From Chlorobiales bacterium (GTDB taxonomy: Bacteria > Bacteroidota > Chlorobiia > Chlorobiales > JACMJS01): DNA of 37,827 bases. Location of the stretch: contig JACMJS010000306.1 of the NCBI GenBank assembly GCA_014380515.1, positions 1 to 37,827 on the forward strand, written 5' to 3'. Every line of letters begins with the position of its first letter. Position 1 is the first letter of the stretch. The notes below the pieces were generated by a model. It saw only the letters and a list, made by a program, of their open reading frames with translations. It had not been told where the DNA came from and did no database searches. Shown here piece after piece: positions 27,855 through 36,923 of the stretch. The position numbers and the translations under genes are program-made.

Positions 27855-28436
27855 CTAATCTGCGGCTCGAAGTTTCTGAGATGTGTTTTCTTCATACCTT
27901 TTTTTGCTTACTTCTAAATGTTCTAAAACATATTCTCCGGGAAAGCCTTTCGATTTCAACCAATTAACTATTGAAGTTTCGTTGGTAATAATTCGACAAG
28001 CCAAGTACTCATGCACAACATCTCCCTTTACAGAAAGCCTGTACGCCCATTCATACAAGATATTGTTAGGCTCTAATTCCACTGCTTTCTTTTGCATTTC
28101 CATACCAAGTTTGTCGTCATCTTGTCCGAAATACCATTCTGCTATCCAAAGAATTTTCCCAATGAAAAACAGATACTCTGTGTTATCAGAAAATTTTTTC
28201 TGTGATTCATCGAAATACTGTTTTAACAGCCCAGCCATGTAGTTGTGTTCGGAATTTATAGTCTCTTCTTCTAACACAATGTTGTGCAGCAAATAAATCA
28301 CTCTTACATATGCTTCAACGTCGTTAGGATGGTCTGCGATTACTTTTCGGGCTAACGCTGTTGCCGGTTTCCAGTCGAGCTTTGCATGAACGCCGAAAGT
28401 TTTTTCAATTTCTGCGAATTGCTCTTTCCAATTCAT
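27855..28436 (-). CDS. Hypothetical AT-rich alpha-helical (TPR-like) protein
   Basis: 193-aa ORF fitting exactly between two hydrolases; strong SD GGAGGTG 4 nt before the ATG; about one-third GC in a sampled line. Confidence 0.75.
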   Translation of the reverse strand: MNWKEQFAEIEKTFGVHAKLDWKPATALARKVIADHPNDVEAYVRVIYLLHNIVLEEETINSEHNYMAGLLKQYFDESQKKFSDNTEYLFFIGKILWIAEWYFGQDDDKLGMEMQKKAVELEPNNILYEWAYRLSVKGDVVHEYLACRIITNETSIVNWLKSKGFPGEYVLEHLEVSKKRYEENTSQKLRAAD

Positions 28437-28451
28437 ACGCCACCTCCCTAC

Positions 28452-29552
28452 TTAAAATTCCAAGTTTTGCGGCGCGGCGAAAGTGCGGTTGATCCACTCC
28501 GCCACGGCTGCCGCCGATTTCCAAACCACGCTGACATGATTCGCCCCTTCGGAAACAATCAACTCTTTTTGCTGCTGACCCATTTTCTCAAACGCAAACC
28601 GCGCGCCCGCTACGGAAAAAAGTTCATCTTCCGTGCCGATGACGAACAGCACCGGTGCGGTAATTTTTCTATACGTCTCCCGCGATGCCAACGGAAACGA
28701 CGCCAGAAAAAATTGCAACGAATACTTCAGCGTAAATAAATTTTTATCGGTTGCCGCTTTAATTAGCGCATCCTGCTGCGGCATAAAAATTTCGACGGGC
28801 TTCGGATGCACGCCCGCGAAGGCCAAGGGAATCGCCGCGAGCGACAGCCACGGATCGACTTTAGCAAACGACCGGTCGCTTTCCTGATCAAATTGTTTCA
28901 TGCCCATCGCGGCGACGGAATCGCCGGAAGCTTCGAGCAAAAATCCGCCCGACATAAAAACAAATCCGTCCGGCTCTTGATATGTTTTTTTACGGTCGGC
29001 GCGGTTCGCAAAAAACTCGACATACTTTTGCGCCACGCCCGCACCCAAACTATGGCCGCCCAGAATAATTTTGCGTTCGGGAAACTGACGGCGCAGCGTA
29101 TCTAAAAAAATTCGTACATCCCGCGCGAGCGCATCGCTGGTTCTGGAGTCGCCGCGCTCGCCGCCGGAAAGGCCGTGTCCGCGCAGATCGATCAAAGCCA
29201 CGCCGATGCCTGCCTGTTGCAAGGTTTCAGCAAAGGGAATGTAAAGTTTCGATTGTGCCGCCGTGCCGTGAATGAACGCCACAACGACGCGCATACTGTC
29301 GGGATTCATGGGAATATATTTTCGATATGCAATCGGCAACGCATCGTGCGTGTAGAATGTATCGATGGCCGTGTCGGGCAAAGCAATCAGGCGTTCATAC
29401 ACCGGACGGTCTTCATTCCTAATTTCAGAGATTGCTTTCTTCGGCGCGGTCGTTAAGGGCTGCGGCGATGTGCTGCCGCAGCCCGTCAGCAGTGCAAGCG
29501 TGAACAGGTTGAAAATGATTAGGCCAAAGAAAATCGGACGAAAGCGGTTCAT
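28452..29552 (-). CDS. Alpha/beta hydrolase lipoprotein (lysophospholipase/Hydrolase_4-like)
   Basis: Lipobox LTGC, FIHG, DLRGHGLS, GHSLG, GTEDE, ANH. Start set at MNRFRP. Confidence 0.85.
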   Translation of the reverse strand: MNRFRPIFFGLIIFNLFTLALLTGCGSTSPQPLTTAPKKAISEIRNEDRPVYERLIALPDTAIDTFYTHDALPIAYRKYIPMNPDSMRVVVAFIHGTAAQSKLYIPFAETLQQAGIGVALIDLRGHGLSGGERGDSRTSDALARDVRIFLDTLRRQFPERKIILGGHSLGAGVAQKYVEFFANRADRKKTYQEPDGFVFMSGGFLLEASGDSVAAMGMKQFDQESDRSFAKVDPWLSLAAIPLAFAGVHPKPVEIFMPQQDALIKAATDKNLFTLKYSLQFFLASFPLASRETYRKITAPVLFVIGTEDELFSVAGARFAFEKMGQQQKELIVSEGANHVSVVWKSAAAVAEWINRTFAAPQNLEF

Positions 29553-29681
29553 GGTTTTTCGTTTGGGTGAAAGCAACGTCGGTACTGGATCAAAGTAGAT
29601 ACGGATTTTCTGTGTTTGAAAAAACTTCGCCGCAACTCAATCCGCCTTGAATACTTTGCCAACACTTTGACATCGCTTTGC

Positions 29682-29689
29682 TATATTTG
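29682..29689 (+). promoter_or_regulatory. Putative TAnnTTTG promoter element for nuoK
   Basis: TATATTTG about 80 bp upstream of nuoK in a divergent intergenic region. Confidence 0.45.
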
Positions 29690-29771
29690 CCGCACCAAAT
29701 TGCTTCCCGTTGCAACGCTTTTTCTACGCTTGCGGCGCTACCAACTTCATTCACACCTATCTTTCGCAGCA

Positions 29772-30077
29772 ATGGAAATCGGAATGACGCATTACCTCGC
29801 GCTGAGCGCGTTTATGTTCACGACGGGCGTCATCGGCGTGCTCACGCGGCGCAACGCGATTGTGATTTTTATGTCAATTGAACTGATGCTCAACGCCGTC
29901 AATCTTTCGCTGGTCACGTTCTCGCACTACCTCAACGACGTTCAGGGACAAATGCTCGTCTTCTTCGTGATGACCGTTGCTGCCGCCGAAGCCGCCGTCG
30001 GCCTTGCGATTGTGATCTCGATGTTTCGCAACAAGCAAACGATCAACATCGACGAGATTAACATCTTAAAGTATTGA
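29772..30077 (+). CDS. nuoK: NADH-quinone oxidoreductase subunit K
   Basis: [32 protein letters not shown]; 101 aa from ATG 29772. Confidence 0.95.
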   Translation: MEIGMTHYLALSAFMFTTGVIGVLTRRNAIVIFMSIELMLNAVNLSLVTFSHYLNDVQGQMLVFFVMTVAAAEAAVGLAIVISMFRNKQTINIDEINILKY

Positions 30078-30080
30078 CTT

Positions 30081-30320
30081 ATGCCGACGCGCGTCAAGTG
30101 GAATATTGGCCGCGAAGGCCGCTCTTTTACACGAGCCGAAATCGATGCCCGCCATCAAGTCTTGCCTGAAAAAACGGAGGTCATCGACGGAAGGTTTTTC
30201 TGGACGGAGGAAGATCGGTTAAATGTTTTGGCGATTCTTTTAGAGAATGTCGGCATCGATAAAGTCGTTCGCTTAGGCAACCCTGAACTTTGGAAAGCGG
30301 CGGTTTCCGAATTGAAATAA
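30081..30320 (+). CDS. Small hypothetical protein (79 aa)
   Basis: Fills the nuoK-nuoL gap, starting 3 bp after the nuoK stop; PEKTEVIDG resembles the Uma2-type N-terminal ELIDG segment. Confidence 0.7.
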   Translation: MPTRVKWNIGREGRSFTRAEIDARHQVLPEKTEVIDGRFFWTEEDRLNVLAILLENVGIDKVVRLGNPELWKAAVSELK

Positions 30321-30353
30321 TTTTTTCCGGTTCAGCAATCAATCCATTTGACC

Positions 30354-32411
30354 ATGCACCAATATATTTTCCTGACCATTCTTTTTCCGCTCGCCGGATT
30401 TCTGATCAACTCGCTTTTTACGCTGACGAATTTTTTGGGCTGGCGCACCAAAGAGCGCGAAACGCTCGTCGGCTTGTTTTCATCGCTGATGATTGCAATT
30501 CCGTTCGGCATCGTGGTTGCCATCTTTTTAGAGATGCTCAGTGAAGCGGAGCGGCCTGCACATTTGGTTGAAGTCTATCAGTGGATGAACACCGGCTTGA
30601 TGAACGTCGCTATTGCGTATCAGGTCGATACGCTGTCGGTGTTGATGGCATTGATTGTAACCGGCGTCGGCACGCTGATCCACATTTACAGCATCGGATA
30701 CATGCACGGCGACGACGGCTTCTCGCGGTTTTTCAGTTACCTCAATCTCTTCATCTTCGCCATGATGAATTTGATTTTGGGCGCGAATATGGTCGTCATG
30801 TTTCTCGGCTGGGAAGGCGTCGGCCTTTGCTCGTATTTGCTCATCGGCTTTTGGTACGACCGCAAGTTCGAGGGCACGGCGATTGTTTCCACCGGCGACG
30901 CGGCCAAAAAAGCGTTCATCACGAACCGCGTTGGAGATTTTGCGATGCTGGGCGCAATGTTCCTCATCTTTCAAACGCTCGGCAGTTTGAATTACACCGA
31001 CATCATCGCCAAGCGCGACGCCTTCGACGGCACAACGGTTTTCTGGATCACGCTGCTCATCTTCATCGGATGTACGGGCAAATCGGCGCAGTTGCCGCTG
31101 TTCGTGTGGCTGCCCGACGCGATGGCAGGCCCGACACCCGTCAGCGCGCTCATCCATGCGGCGACGATGGTTACGAGCGGCATTTATATTACCGCGCGGC
31201 TTTCGCCGTTGTTTTTGATGGCACCGCAAACGATGGAAATCATTGCCGTCGTGGGCGCAATCACGGCGATCTTCGCGGGCACGGTGGGCTTGGTACAGAA
31301 TGATATTAAAAAAGTGCTTGCGTACTCGACCGTCTCGCAATTGGGATTTATGTTTCTCGCGCTCGGCGTCGGCGCATTTCAGATTGCGATCTTTCACGTG
31401 ATGACGCATGCGTTTTTCAAAGCGTGTTTGTTTCTCGGTTCGGGTTCGGTGATTCACGCGATGCACGAAGAGCAGGATATTCGAAAGATGGGCGGCCTGC
31501 GAAAATATATGCCGTCGACGTCCACCACGTTTTTCATTGCGTCGCTCGCGCTCGCCGGATTCCCGCTCACGGCGGGCTTCTTCAGCAAGGATGCCATTCT
31601 CGCCGAAGCCTTCGCATCGGGACACATTGTGCTTTACGCTATCGGCACCGTTGCTGCGTTCTGCACCGCGTTCTATTCGATGCGGCTGTGCGTCCTGACG
31701 TTTTTAGGCGAAGAACGCTTCAATAAATCCGTCGCCGCTCCCACAACCTCTTCTGTGGCGGAGCAGGAACCCGGTGGCGGACACGGCGATCACGGATATG
31801 ACGCGCACGATGATCACGGGCATGGTGATGCACACGGCGCAGATGGCCATGCAATTCATCCGCACGAATCCCCGGCGTTTATGACGGTGCCGCTCTGGAT
31901 TCTCGCCGCGCTTTCGCTCGGAGCGGGTTTTCTCGGATTGCCTGCGGTGGTAACGGAACACAGTTGGATTCACGGCTGGCTGGAATCGTCGGTGATGCAG
32001 GCGGAGGCGGCGCATCACTTGTCGCACGAAACCGAATGGATACTCCTCGGCATCGGCAGCCTTGTAGCTGTTCTCGGTTTGGGTTTCGGATATTTTGTTT
32101 ATGCGATGCGCATTGAAATTGCGGCGTCGGCCAAACGCTCGCTCGCATTTCTTTACACCACGCTGCTCGATAAGTATTATATCGATGAACTCTACGAACT
32201 CTTGTTCGTCCGTCCGGTGCAGTGGCTGTCGGATAAAGTGTTGTTCCGCTTTGATACATCGGTGGTCGATGGCACGGTGAACGGCATCGGCGATATTTTT
32301 ATGAGCCTCGGCAACGGCTTGCGTAAATGGCAATCGGGTGTCGCACAAAACTATGCCGTTGCAATCACGTTCGGTTTGATTCTCGTTATCGCCTTCATCG
32401 CTTTTCGATAA
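30354..32411 (+). CDS. nuoL: NADH-quinone oxidoreductase subunit L
   Basis: GWEGVGLCSYLLIGFW, GKSAQLPL.WLPDAMAGPTPVSALIHAATMV, AYSTVSQLG, HAFFKA; His-rich loop. Confidence 0.97.
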   Translation: MHQYIFLTILFPLAGFLINSLFTLTNFLGWRTKERETLVGLFSSLMIAIPFGIVVAIFLEMLSEAERPAHLVEVYQWMNTGLMNVAIAYQVDTLSVLMALIVTGVGTLIHIYSIGYMHGDDGFSRFFSYLNLFIFAMMNLILGANMVVMFLGWEGVGLCSYLLIGFWYDRKFEGTAIVSTGDAAKKAFITNRVGDFAMLGAMFLIFQTLGSLNYTDIIAKRDAFDGTTVFWITLLIFIGCTGKSAQLPLFVWLPDAMAGPTPVSALIHAATMVTSGIYITARLSPLFLMAPQTMEIIAVVGAITAIFAGTVGLVQNDIKKVLAYSTVSQLGFMFLALGVGAFQIAIFHVMTHAFFKACLFLGSGSVIHAMHEEQDIRKMGGLRKYMPSTSTTFFIASLALAGFPLTAGFFSKDAILAEAFASGHIVLYAIGTVAAFCTAFYSMRLCVLTFLGEERFNKSVAAPTTSSVAEQEPGGGHGDHGYDAHDDHGHGDAHGADGHAIHPHESPAFMTVPLWILAALSLGAGFLGLPAVVTEHSWIHGWLESSVMQAEAAHHLSHETEWILLGIGSLVAVLGLGFGYFVYAMRIEIAASAKRSLAFLYTTLLDKYYIDELYELLFVRPVQWLSDKVLFRFDTSVVDGTVNGIGDIFMSLGNGLRKWQSGVAQNYAVAITFGLILVIAFIAFR

Positions 32412-32428
32412 CTTTTCCGTCCTTCGAA

Positions 32429-32480
32429 CATCTCCCTTTGCGAAAGGGAATGCCCCGCGCAGTAAGCGGGGTGAGGGGTT
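32429..32480 (-). repeat. REP-like double hairpin, family B
   Basis: Revcomp AACCCCTCACCCCGCTTACTGCGCGGGGCATTCCCTTTCGCAAAGGGAGATG matches the 36581 copy. Confidence 0.75.
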
Positions 32481-32521
32481 TAAGACATTTGTATTATTGT
32501 TTCCGTTGCGGTTACTTTAAG

Positions 32522-32550
32522 GCGGACGCTGTGTCCGCTTTATTTTTTTT
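32522..32550 (+). terminator. Putative terminator after nuoL
   Basis: GCGGAC-gctgt-GTCCGC-TTTATTTTTTTT. Confidence 0.55.
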
Positions 32551-32554
32551 CGGA

Positions 32555-35500
32555 ATGCCAAATCAATCTTCACACAAACGTCCTTCACGGGCGACTTCAT
32601 CTTCCGCGACGCCGCCAACGGTGCCGCCTGTGCATTCGCGCCCGAAATCGGTCGATGCGTCTGCCAAGCCGCCGAAGCCTCTCAAGTCCGGTAAGCTAAA
32701 GCCCAAGTCGAAAAAATCCCAAAACGCCGTCGCAAAAAACGTCGCAAAGAAAATGCGTTCGGATTTGCACGATCAGCTCCTCACCGAAAACGCCTCGCTT
32801 GCCGCTTCGCAGTCGCTGCTGACCGGCCTTGCGACGTTCATTTCGGAAGTACAACGTCAATCGACGTTGTCGGAAAAACTTAAGCGGATTTGCAAAGCCG
32901 TCGTCCGGCTGGAGATTGCCGGTTTAACTTCCGTCCTGCTGTTCGATGAAGAGTTGACGCTTGAGCACACGAGTTTTTTCGTCAAGCACAACAGCGATCT
33001 CGAAGCGGTGGAAAAGGTTTTTGCGGAAAAGTTTAAGATCGGCACGCGGCTCAACCGGAAGTTTTACCAGCACCTTTTTTCCCCAACCCACGCCGTCTCT
33101 GAAAGTTACGTCGCCTCGATGCCGCTCATTTCACAATTGATGGCCGACATTCAATCCGGCGAACCGGTCGTCATGTACATGGAGCAAACCGACACCGCCG
33201 AAGTGAAAGATGCGACGATCTTCACGCCGCTCTACAACCGCAACGGCGGCATGATCGGCTATCTTTCTTCGGCACTGGATACAGTACCCGATGATCTCAA
33301 GGCGACGGTTCAACGCATTGAACTTTACGCCCGCATCATTGAAAAGGACATTGAACTCTTTCGCAACTACGAATCGGAACTGCGGCGCGGCGAGCAGGTC
33401 AGCCGGATGAAAACGCGGTTGCAAGACCTCTTCAATTTTTCGGCGGCCATTTCGCAGCAGCCGTCGGTCGAACAAAAAGTCCGCACGATGGCCGAGTCGA
33501 TTACGAAAGCGGGTGATTTCAAAAGTTGCATCGTCGTGCTCTACCGTAGCGACGGCTCGTTGGAACATACCGCCTTCGCCGGTTCGGGTCCGGGCACGCC
33601 CGATGCCGATACCGTGCAGGCGAACTTGACGGAAGTTCAACACACCCAGAAAAAAGTACTCGATCAAATTTTTTCGACGGCGGCGTTTCGCGTCGAGAAT
33701 AGTTATTGTTTCACGCCCGAACAGGTCGCGGCACTTACCCGGTTCAACTTAAAAGCATTCGGCGATGACGGCGGGCGGATCGCGCTGCCGCACGGTGAGC
33801 ACCCGTTGCGTTCGCTTCCGCCGGAATCGTGGCCGATGACGCTCGGCGAAGAAAACTTGCGGCACTTCGGCAGCGATGAACCCGTCGGACTTTTTACGCC
33901 CATTCAAACCGGCGGCATCACCTTCGGCTACGTGGGCTTGGGCGAACCGAAGGAAGGCATGCTCGGCACGGACGACTTGCGCGAGCGGCTCAAGATGATC
34001 AGCCTTTTCATCGATGAAGTCGCCAGCGACATCTTTCAGAAAAAACTTGAGCAAGACCGCGAACGCTACGCCGCCCTGAACCTGACGATCAGAGATTTGC
34101 TCGAAACGCTTTTCGCCGCAGGCAATGACGTTCAATCGGCGGCGACGGTTCAGGAAAAATTCAAACTTGCAGCCGATTCCATCGTCAATTCATTTGGCTT
34201 TCAGGAAGCCTCGCTCATTGCTTACGACGAACACTACGTCGTTACCGATGCGGCGTTCAGCATGAATCCGGCCACGCACAATGAGGAAGATTACGCCCGC
34301 CTCCGCGCCCATATTTACACCGGAAAGCAACTCACCCGAAAAGCGTTTGAAGTCATTCACGCCACGCCGGAGTTCGTCATCGGCGGATGCCGGTGCTATC
34401 ACGTCCGGCAAGTTGCGAAACTGATGGGCGATGAGAAACCGAACTTCATCGATCTGCGCGGCCACTCGCCCAAGATTGACGACCATGATCCGGCCTTGCT
34501 CAGTCCGACGGCGGGCTTGGACAATCTCGTGCGGTATCTGAACGGCGACACCGGCATCGGAATTATGTTCACCCTTTGCGATGAAACGGGCAACAGCGTC
34601 GGCAGTTTGAGTCTCGGCGATTTGATGCCGTCGTTTTCGGACATCACGGTGCCGGAATTTATCGAGCGGCTGAGGATCATTGCGATTTTCATCGAACGGC
34701 TCAGTCAGGATTATCTGCTGGCGCGACTGGCGGCGGAGCGCAAGCGCGAACTCTCGGAAAAGAACCGGCTTAATCATGCGCTCTCGGCGGAATCGAAACG
34801 GCTACAGGAAAAGAACCGCTTCATTCAAACGCTACTCGAGTTGGGCGTGCAACTCTCGCAGCCGATCACGCGGCAGGAAAAAATTAAAATCACGTGCGAG
34901 CGGATCGTCTCCGGTTCGGTTTTCAAATCCGTAACCGGCATCGTGGTTCGAGGCGGCGATTATCTGATCACGGATTTCTGCGTCGTCTCGCATCCGGCGT
35001 TGGCCGTGCCGGTATCTTACACGCAGCCCGCCGCGCACGCTCCCGCAGGGATGCGGAAACTCAACCAACGGTTCGTTGAACTTTCCTTCGCCGAAGAAAC
35101 GCGGATCGGCCATTCGCATTGCTACGACCTCCATTGGCTCTATGCGCGCACCGACGCCGTGAATGATAAACCGAAATACGTCATCAGAGAGGGCGTAGCG
35201 ACCGAGTTTACCGACATTCATCCGCACGCCGATTACCTGACGCACGCCGAGGCTTTTGACGTCTTCTGCGGCTTGCGCGGGGGCTACGATGCGTCGCAGA
35301 TTAATTTTCTTATTCCGATGCGCGCGGCGGAGGGCACGTTGCTCGGATTCATTTCGCTCGGCGGCTTGCTCGAGGGCGTGCGCAAAACCCGCGATGAGGC
35401 TCTCGAAGAAATCAGCTTGATCGAACTCATCGCTGGCAACCTCGCCTCCAGCCTTGCGACCGAGCAATTAACCGCCGACCTGAGCGCATCGGAAGCCAAA

Positions 35501-36580
35501 TACAAAAACATCGTTGAGAACGTCAGTTACGGATTTATCGCGGCGGATCGCAGCGGAGTGATTGAGTATATCAATCCGTTTTTGCGCACCGTACTCGGCT
35601 ACAGCGAAGCGGAAATGCTGGGCAAACCTTACGCCGCGTTCGTCAGCGCGGAAAGCGTTCCGGTGGCCATAGATCATTTCCGCAAATACTTGAGCAGATT
35701 CACCGCGACGGAATACGAGATACGGCTGCAACCCAAACAGGGCGAGCAAATTCCGTTTCGCATTTCAGCCACGCCCCAGGTCGGAAAAGATCAAGCGGGC
35801 GAGATGTGGGTCAAGGGCGCGTTCGGCGTCTTGGTGGATTTACGGCAGCAGAAGAAAGTGGAGGAACAACAGAAAGCCCTCGAGACGATTCAGGATAATT
35901 TTTTTGCGATGGTCATTCACGATCTCAAAGTGCCGCTCTCGGCCATCTACGGCTACAGCCAATTGCTCAGCGATCTTGAGCCGAACTCGATAGACCCGGC
36001 GCGGTATCATAACATTGTTTCGCAGATTCACTTATCGTCGGAAAACATCACGCGACTCGTGCAGGATATTTTAGATTTTTCGAAGTTCGAATCGCACAAG
36101 GTGTCGCTCCAGAAAGTGCGTCAAAGTTTATTGCTTGCGACGGAACTCGTCGCCGAGCAAGTGCACCATGATTTGGCGGGCAAACAACTGACGATTGAAC
36201 GCCGCTTCACGGCCAGCGAAAGGGAACTGACGTTTGACTTTGACTTTGATAAAATCGTCCGCGTGATCAACAATCTTATCGGCAATGCGATCAAATTTTC
36301 GAATCCGAAAACATCCATTCATCTCAGCCTCAGCCGCAGGGATGAAGGTGAATCGTGTTTCGCCGTGTTTCGGATTGAAGATCAGGGCGACGGGATGAGC
36401 GAGGAAGAAGTCGGATATATTTTCGATGCGTACCGGCAGGCGAACTCCAAACACGGTTCGCGCGGCACGGGTCTCGGCCTTTCCATCGCCGAACAGATTA
36501 TCGATCTGCACGGCGGATACATTCGCGCCGAAAGCAAGTTGGGCAGAGGCACAGTCATTGAGTTCGGCCTGCCGATGTAA
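32555..36580 (+). CDS. Cytoplasmic sensor histidine kinase (4 GAF-like repeats + PAS + HisKA + HATPase_c)
   Basis: Four internal repeats, PAS (SEAKYKNIVEN...YINP...LGYSEAEMLGK), IHDLKVPL, NLIGNAIKF, DQGDG, GTGLGL; no TM segment. Start at MPNQSS is inferred. Confidence 0.88.
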   Translation: MPNQSSHKRPSRATSSSATPPTVPPVHSRPKSVDASAKPPKPLKSGKLKPKSKKSQNAVAKNVAKKMRSDLHDQLLTENASLAASQSLLTGLATFISEVQRQSTLSEKLKRICKAVVRLEIAGLTSVLLFDEELTLEHTSFFVKHNSDLEAVEKVFAEKFKIGTRLNRKFYQHLFSPTHAVSESYVASMPLISQLMADIQSGEPVVMYMEQTDTAEVKDATIFTPLYNRNGGMIGYLSSALDTVPDDLKATVQRIELYARIIEKDIELFRNYESELRRGEQVSRMKTRLQDLFNFSAAISQQPSVEQKVRTMAESITKAGDFKSCIVVLYRSDGSLEHTAFAGSGPGTPDADTVQANLTEVQHTQKKVLDQIFSTAAFRVENSYCFTPEQVAALTRFNLKAFGDDGGRIALPHGEHPLRSLPPESWPMTLGEENLRHFGSDEPVGLFTPIQTGGITFGYVGLGEPKEGMLGTDDLRERLKMISLFIDEVASDIFQKKLEQDRERYAALNLTIRDLLETLFAAGNDVQSAATVQEKFKLAADSIVNSFGFQEASLIAYDEHYVVTDAAFSMNPATHNEEDYARLRAHIYTGKQLTRKAFEVIHATPEFVIGGCRCYHVRQVAKLMGDEKPNFIDLRGHSPKIDDHDPALLSPTAGLDNLVRYLNGDTGIGIMFTLCDETGNSVGSLSLGDLMPSFSDITVPEFIERLRIIAIFIERLSQDYLLARLAAERKRELSEKNRLNHALSAESKRLQEKNRFIQTLLELGVQLSQPITRQEKIKITCERIVSGSVFKSVTGIVVRGGDYLITDFCVVSHPALAVPVSYTQPAAHAPAGMRKLNQRFVELSFAEETRIGHSHCYDLHWLYARTDAVNDKPKYVIREGVATEFTDIHPHADYLTHAEAFDVFCGLRGGYDASQINFLIPMRAAEGTLLGFISLGGLLEGVRKTRDEALEEISLIELIAGNLASSLATEQLTADLSASEAKYKNIVENVSYGFIAADRSGVIEYINPFLRTVLGYSEAEMLGKPYAAFVSAESVPVAIDHFRKYLSRFTATEYEIRLQPKQGEQIPFRISATPQVGKDQAGEMWVKGAFGVLVDLRQQKKVEEQQKALETIQDNFFAMVIHDLKVPLSAIYGYSQLLSDLEPNSIDPARYHNIVSQIHLSSENITRLVQDILDFSKFESHKVSLQKVRQSLLLATELVAEQVHHDLAGKQLTIERRFTASERELTFDFDFDKIVRVINNLIGNAIKFSNPKTSIHLSLSRRDEGESCFAVFRIEDQGDGMSEEEVGYIFDAYRQANSKHGSRGTGLGLSIAEQIIDLHGGYIRAESKLGRGTVIEFGLPM

Positions 36581-36823
36581 TCGAACCCCTCGTCCCGCTT
36601 GGCGGCGGGACACTCCCCTTTCGCAAAGGGGAGATTGATGAAGAGGCGTTCGACAAAAAATTGACGGTTGCACTTCGGCTTTTTCAAATCGCTTCGTCCT
36701 TCGAATCTTTTCTTTTGCTTTTACACTTCTCCCTTTACCAAAGATCTTTGCTTTTGCTTTTGCTTTTACACATCTCCCTTTGGTAAAGGGAGATGTCCCG
36801 CCGAAGCGGGACAGAGGGTTCGA
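36581..36823. repeat. Inverted pair of family-B REPs (REPIN/MITE-like, 243 bp)
   Basis: 36581-36635 (+) and 36771-36823 (-) both begin TCGAACCC; internal partial copy TCTCCCTTTACCAAAG and TGCTTT tandem repeats. Confidence 0.8.
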
Positions 36824-36852
36824 ACAAGGATTCACATTTACATGTTGTTTCG

Positions 36853-36860
36853 TATCTTTG
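36853..36860 (+). promoter_or_regulatory. Putative TAnnTTTG promoter element for nuoM
   Basis: TATCTTTG 63 bp upstream of the nuoM ATG. Confidence 0.45.
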
Positions 36861-36923
36861 CCCCGCTTCGCACCTCGCTTCCGGTTGCCATCACCATAAA
36901 CGCCTTGTCTTCATTCTGCATTT

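Noticed and set aside
31770-31870. His-rich loop in NuoL
   Set aside because: His/Gly/Asp-rich insertions before PHES are common in NuoL; not novel.
32327-32554. Upstream in-frame extension of the GAF kinase ORF
   Set aside because: Overlaps the nuoL end and runs through a REP and a terminator-like hairpin; unlikely to be translated.
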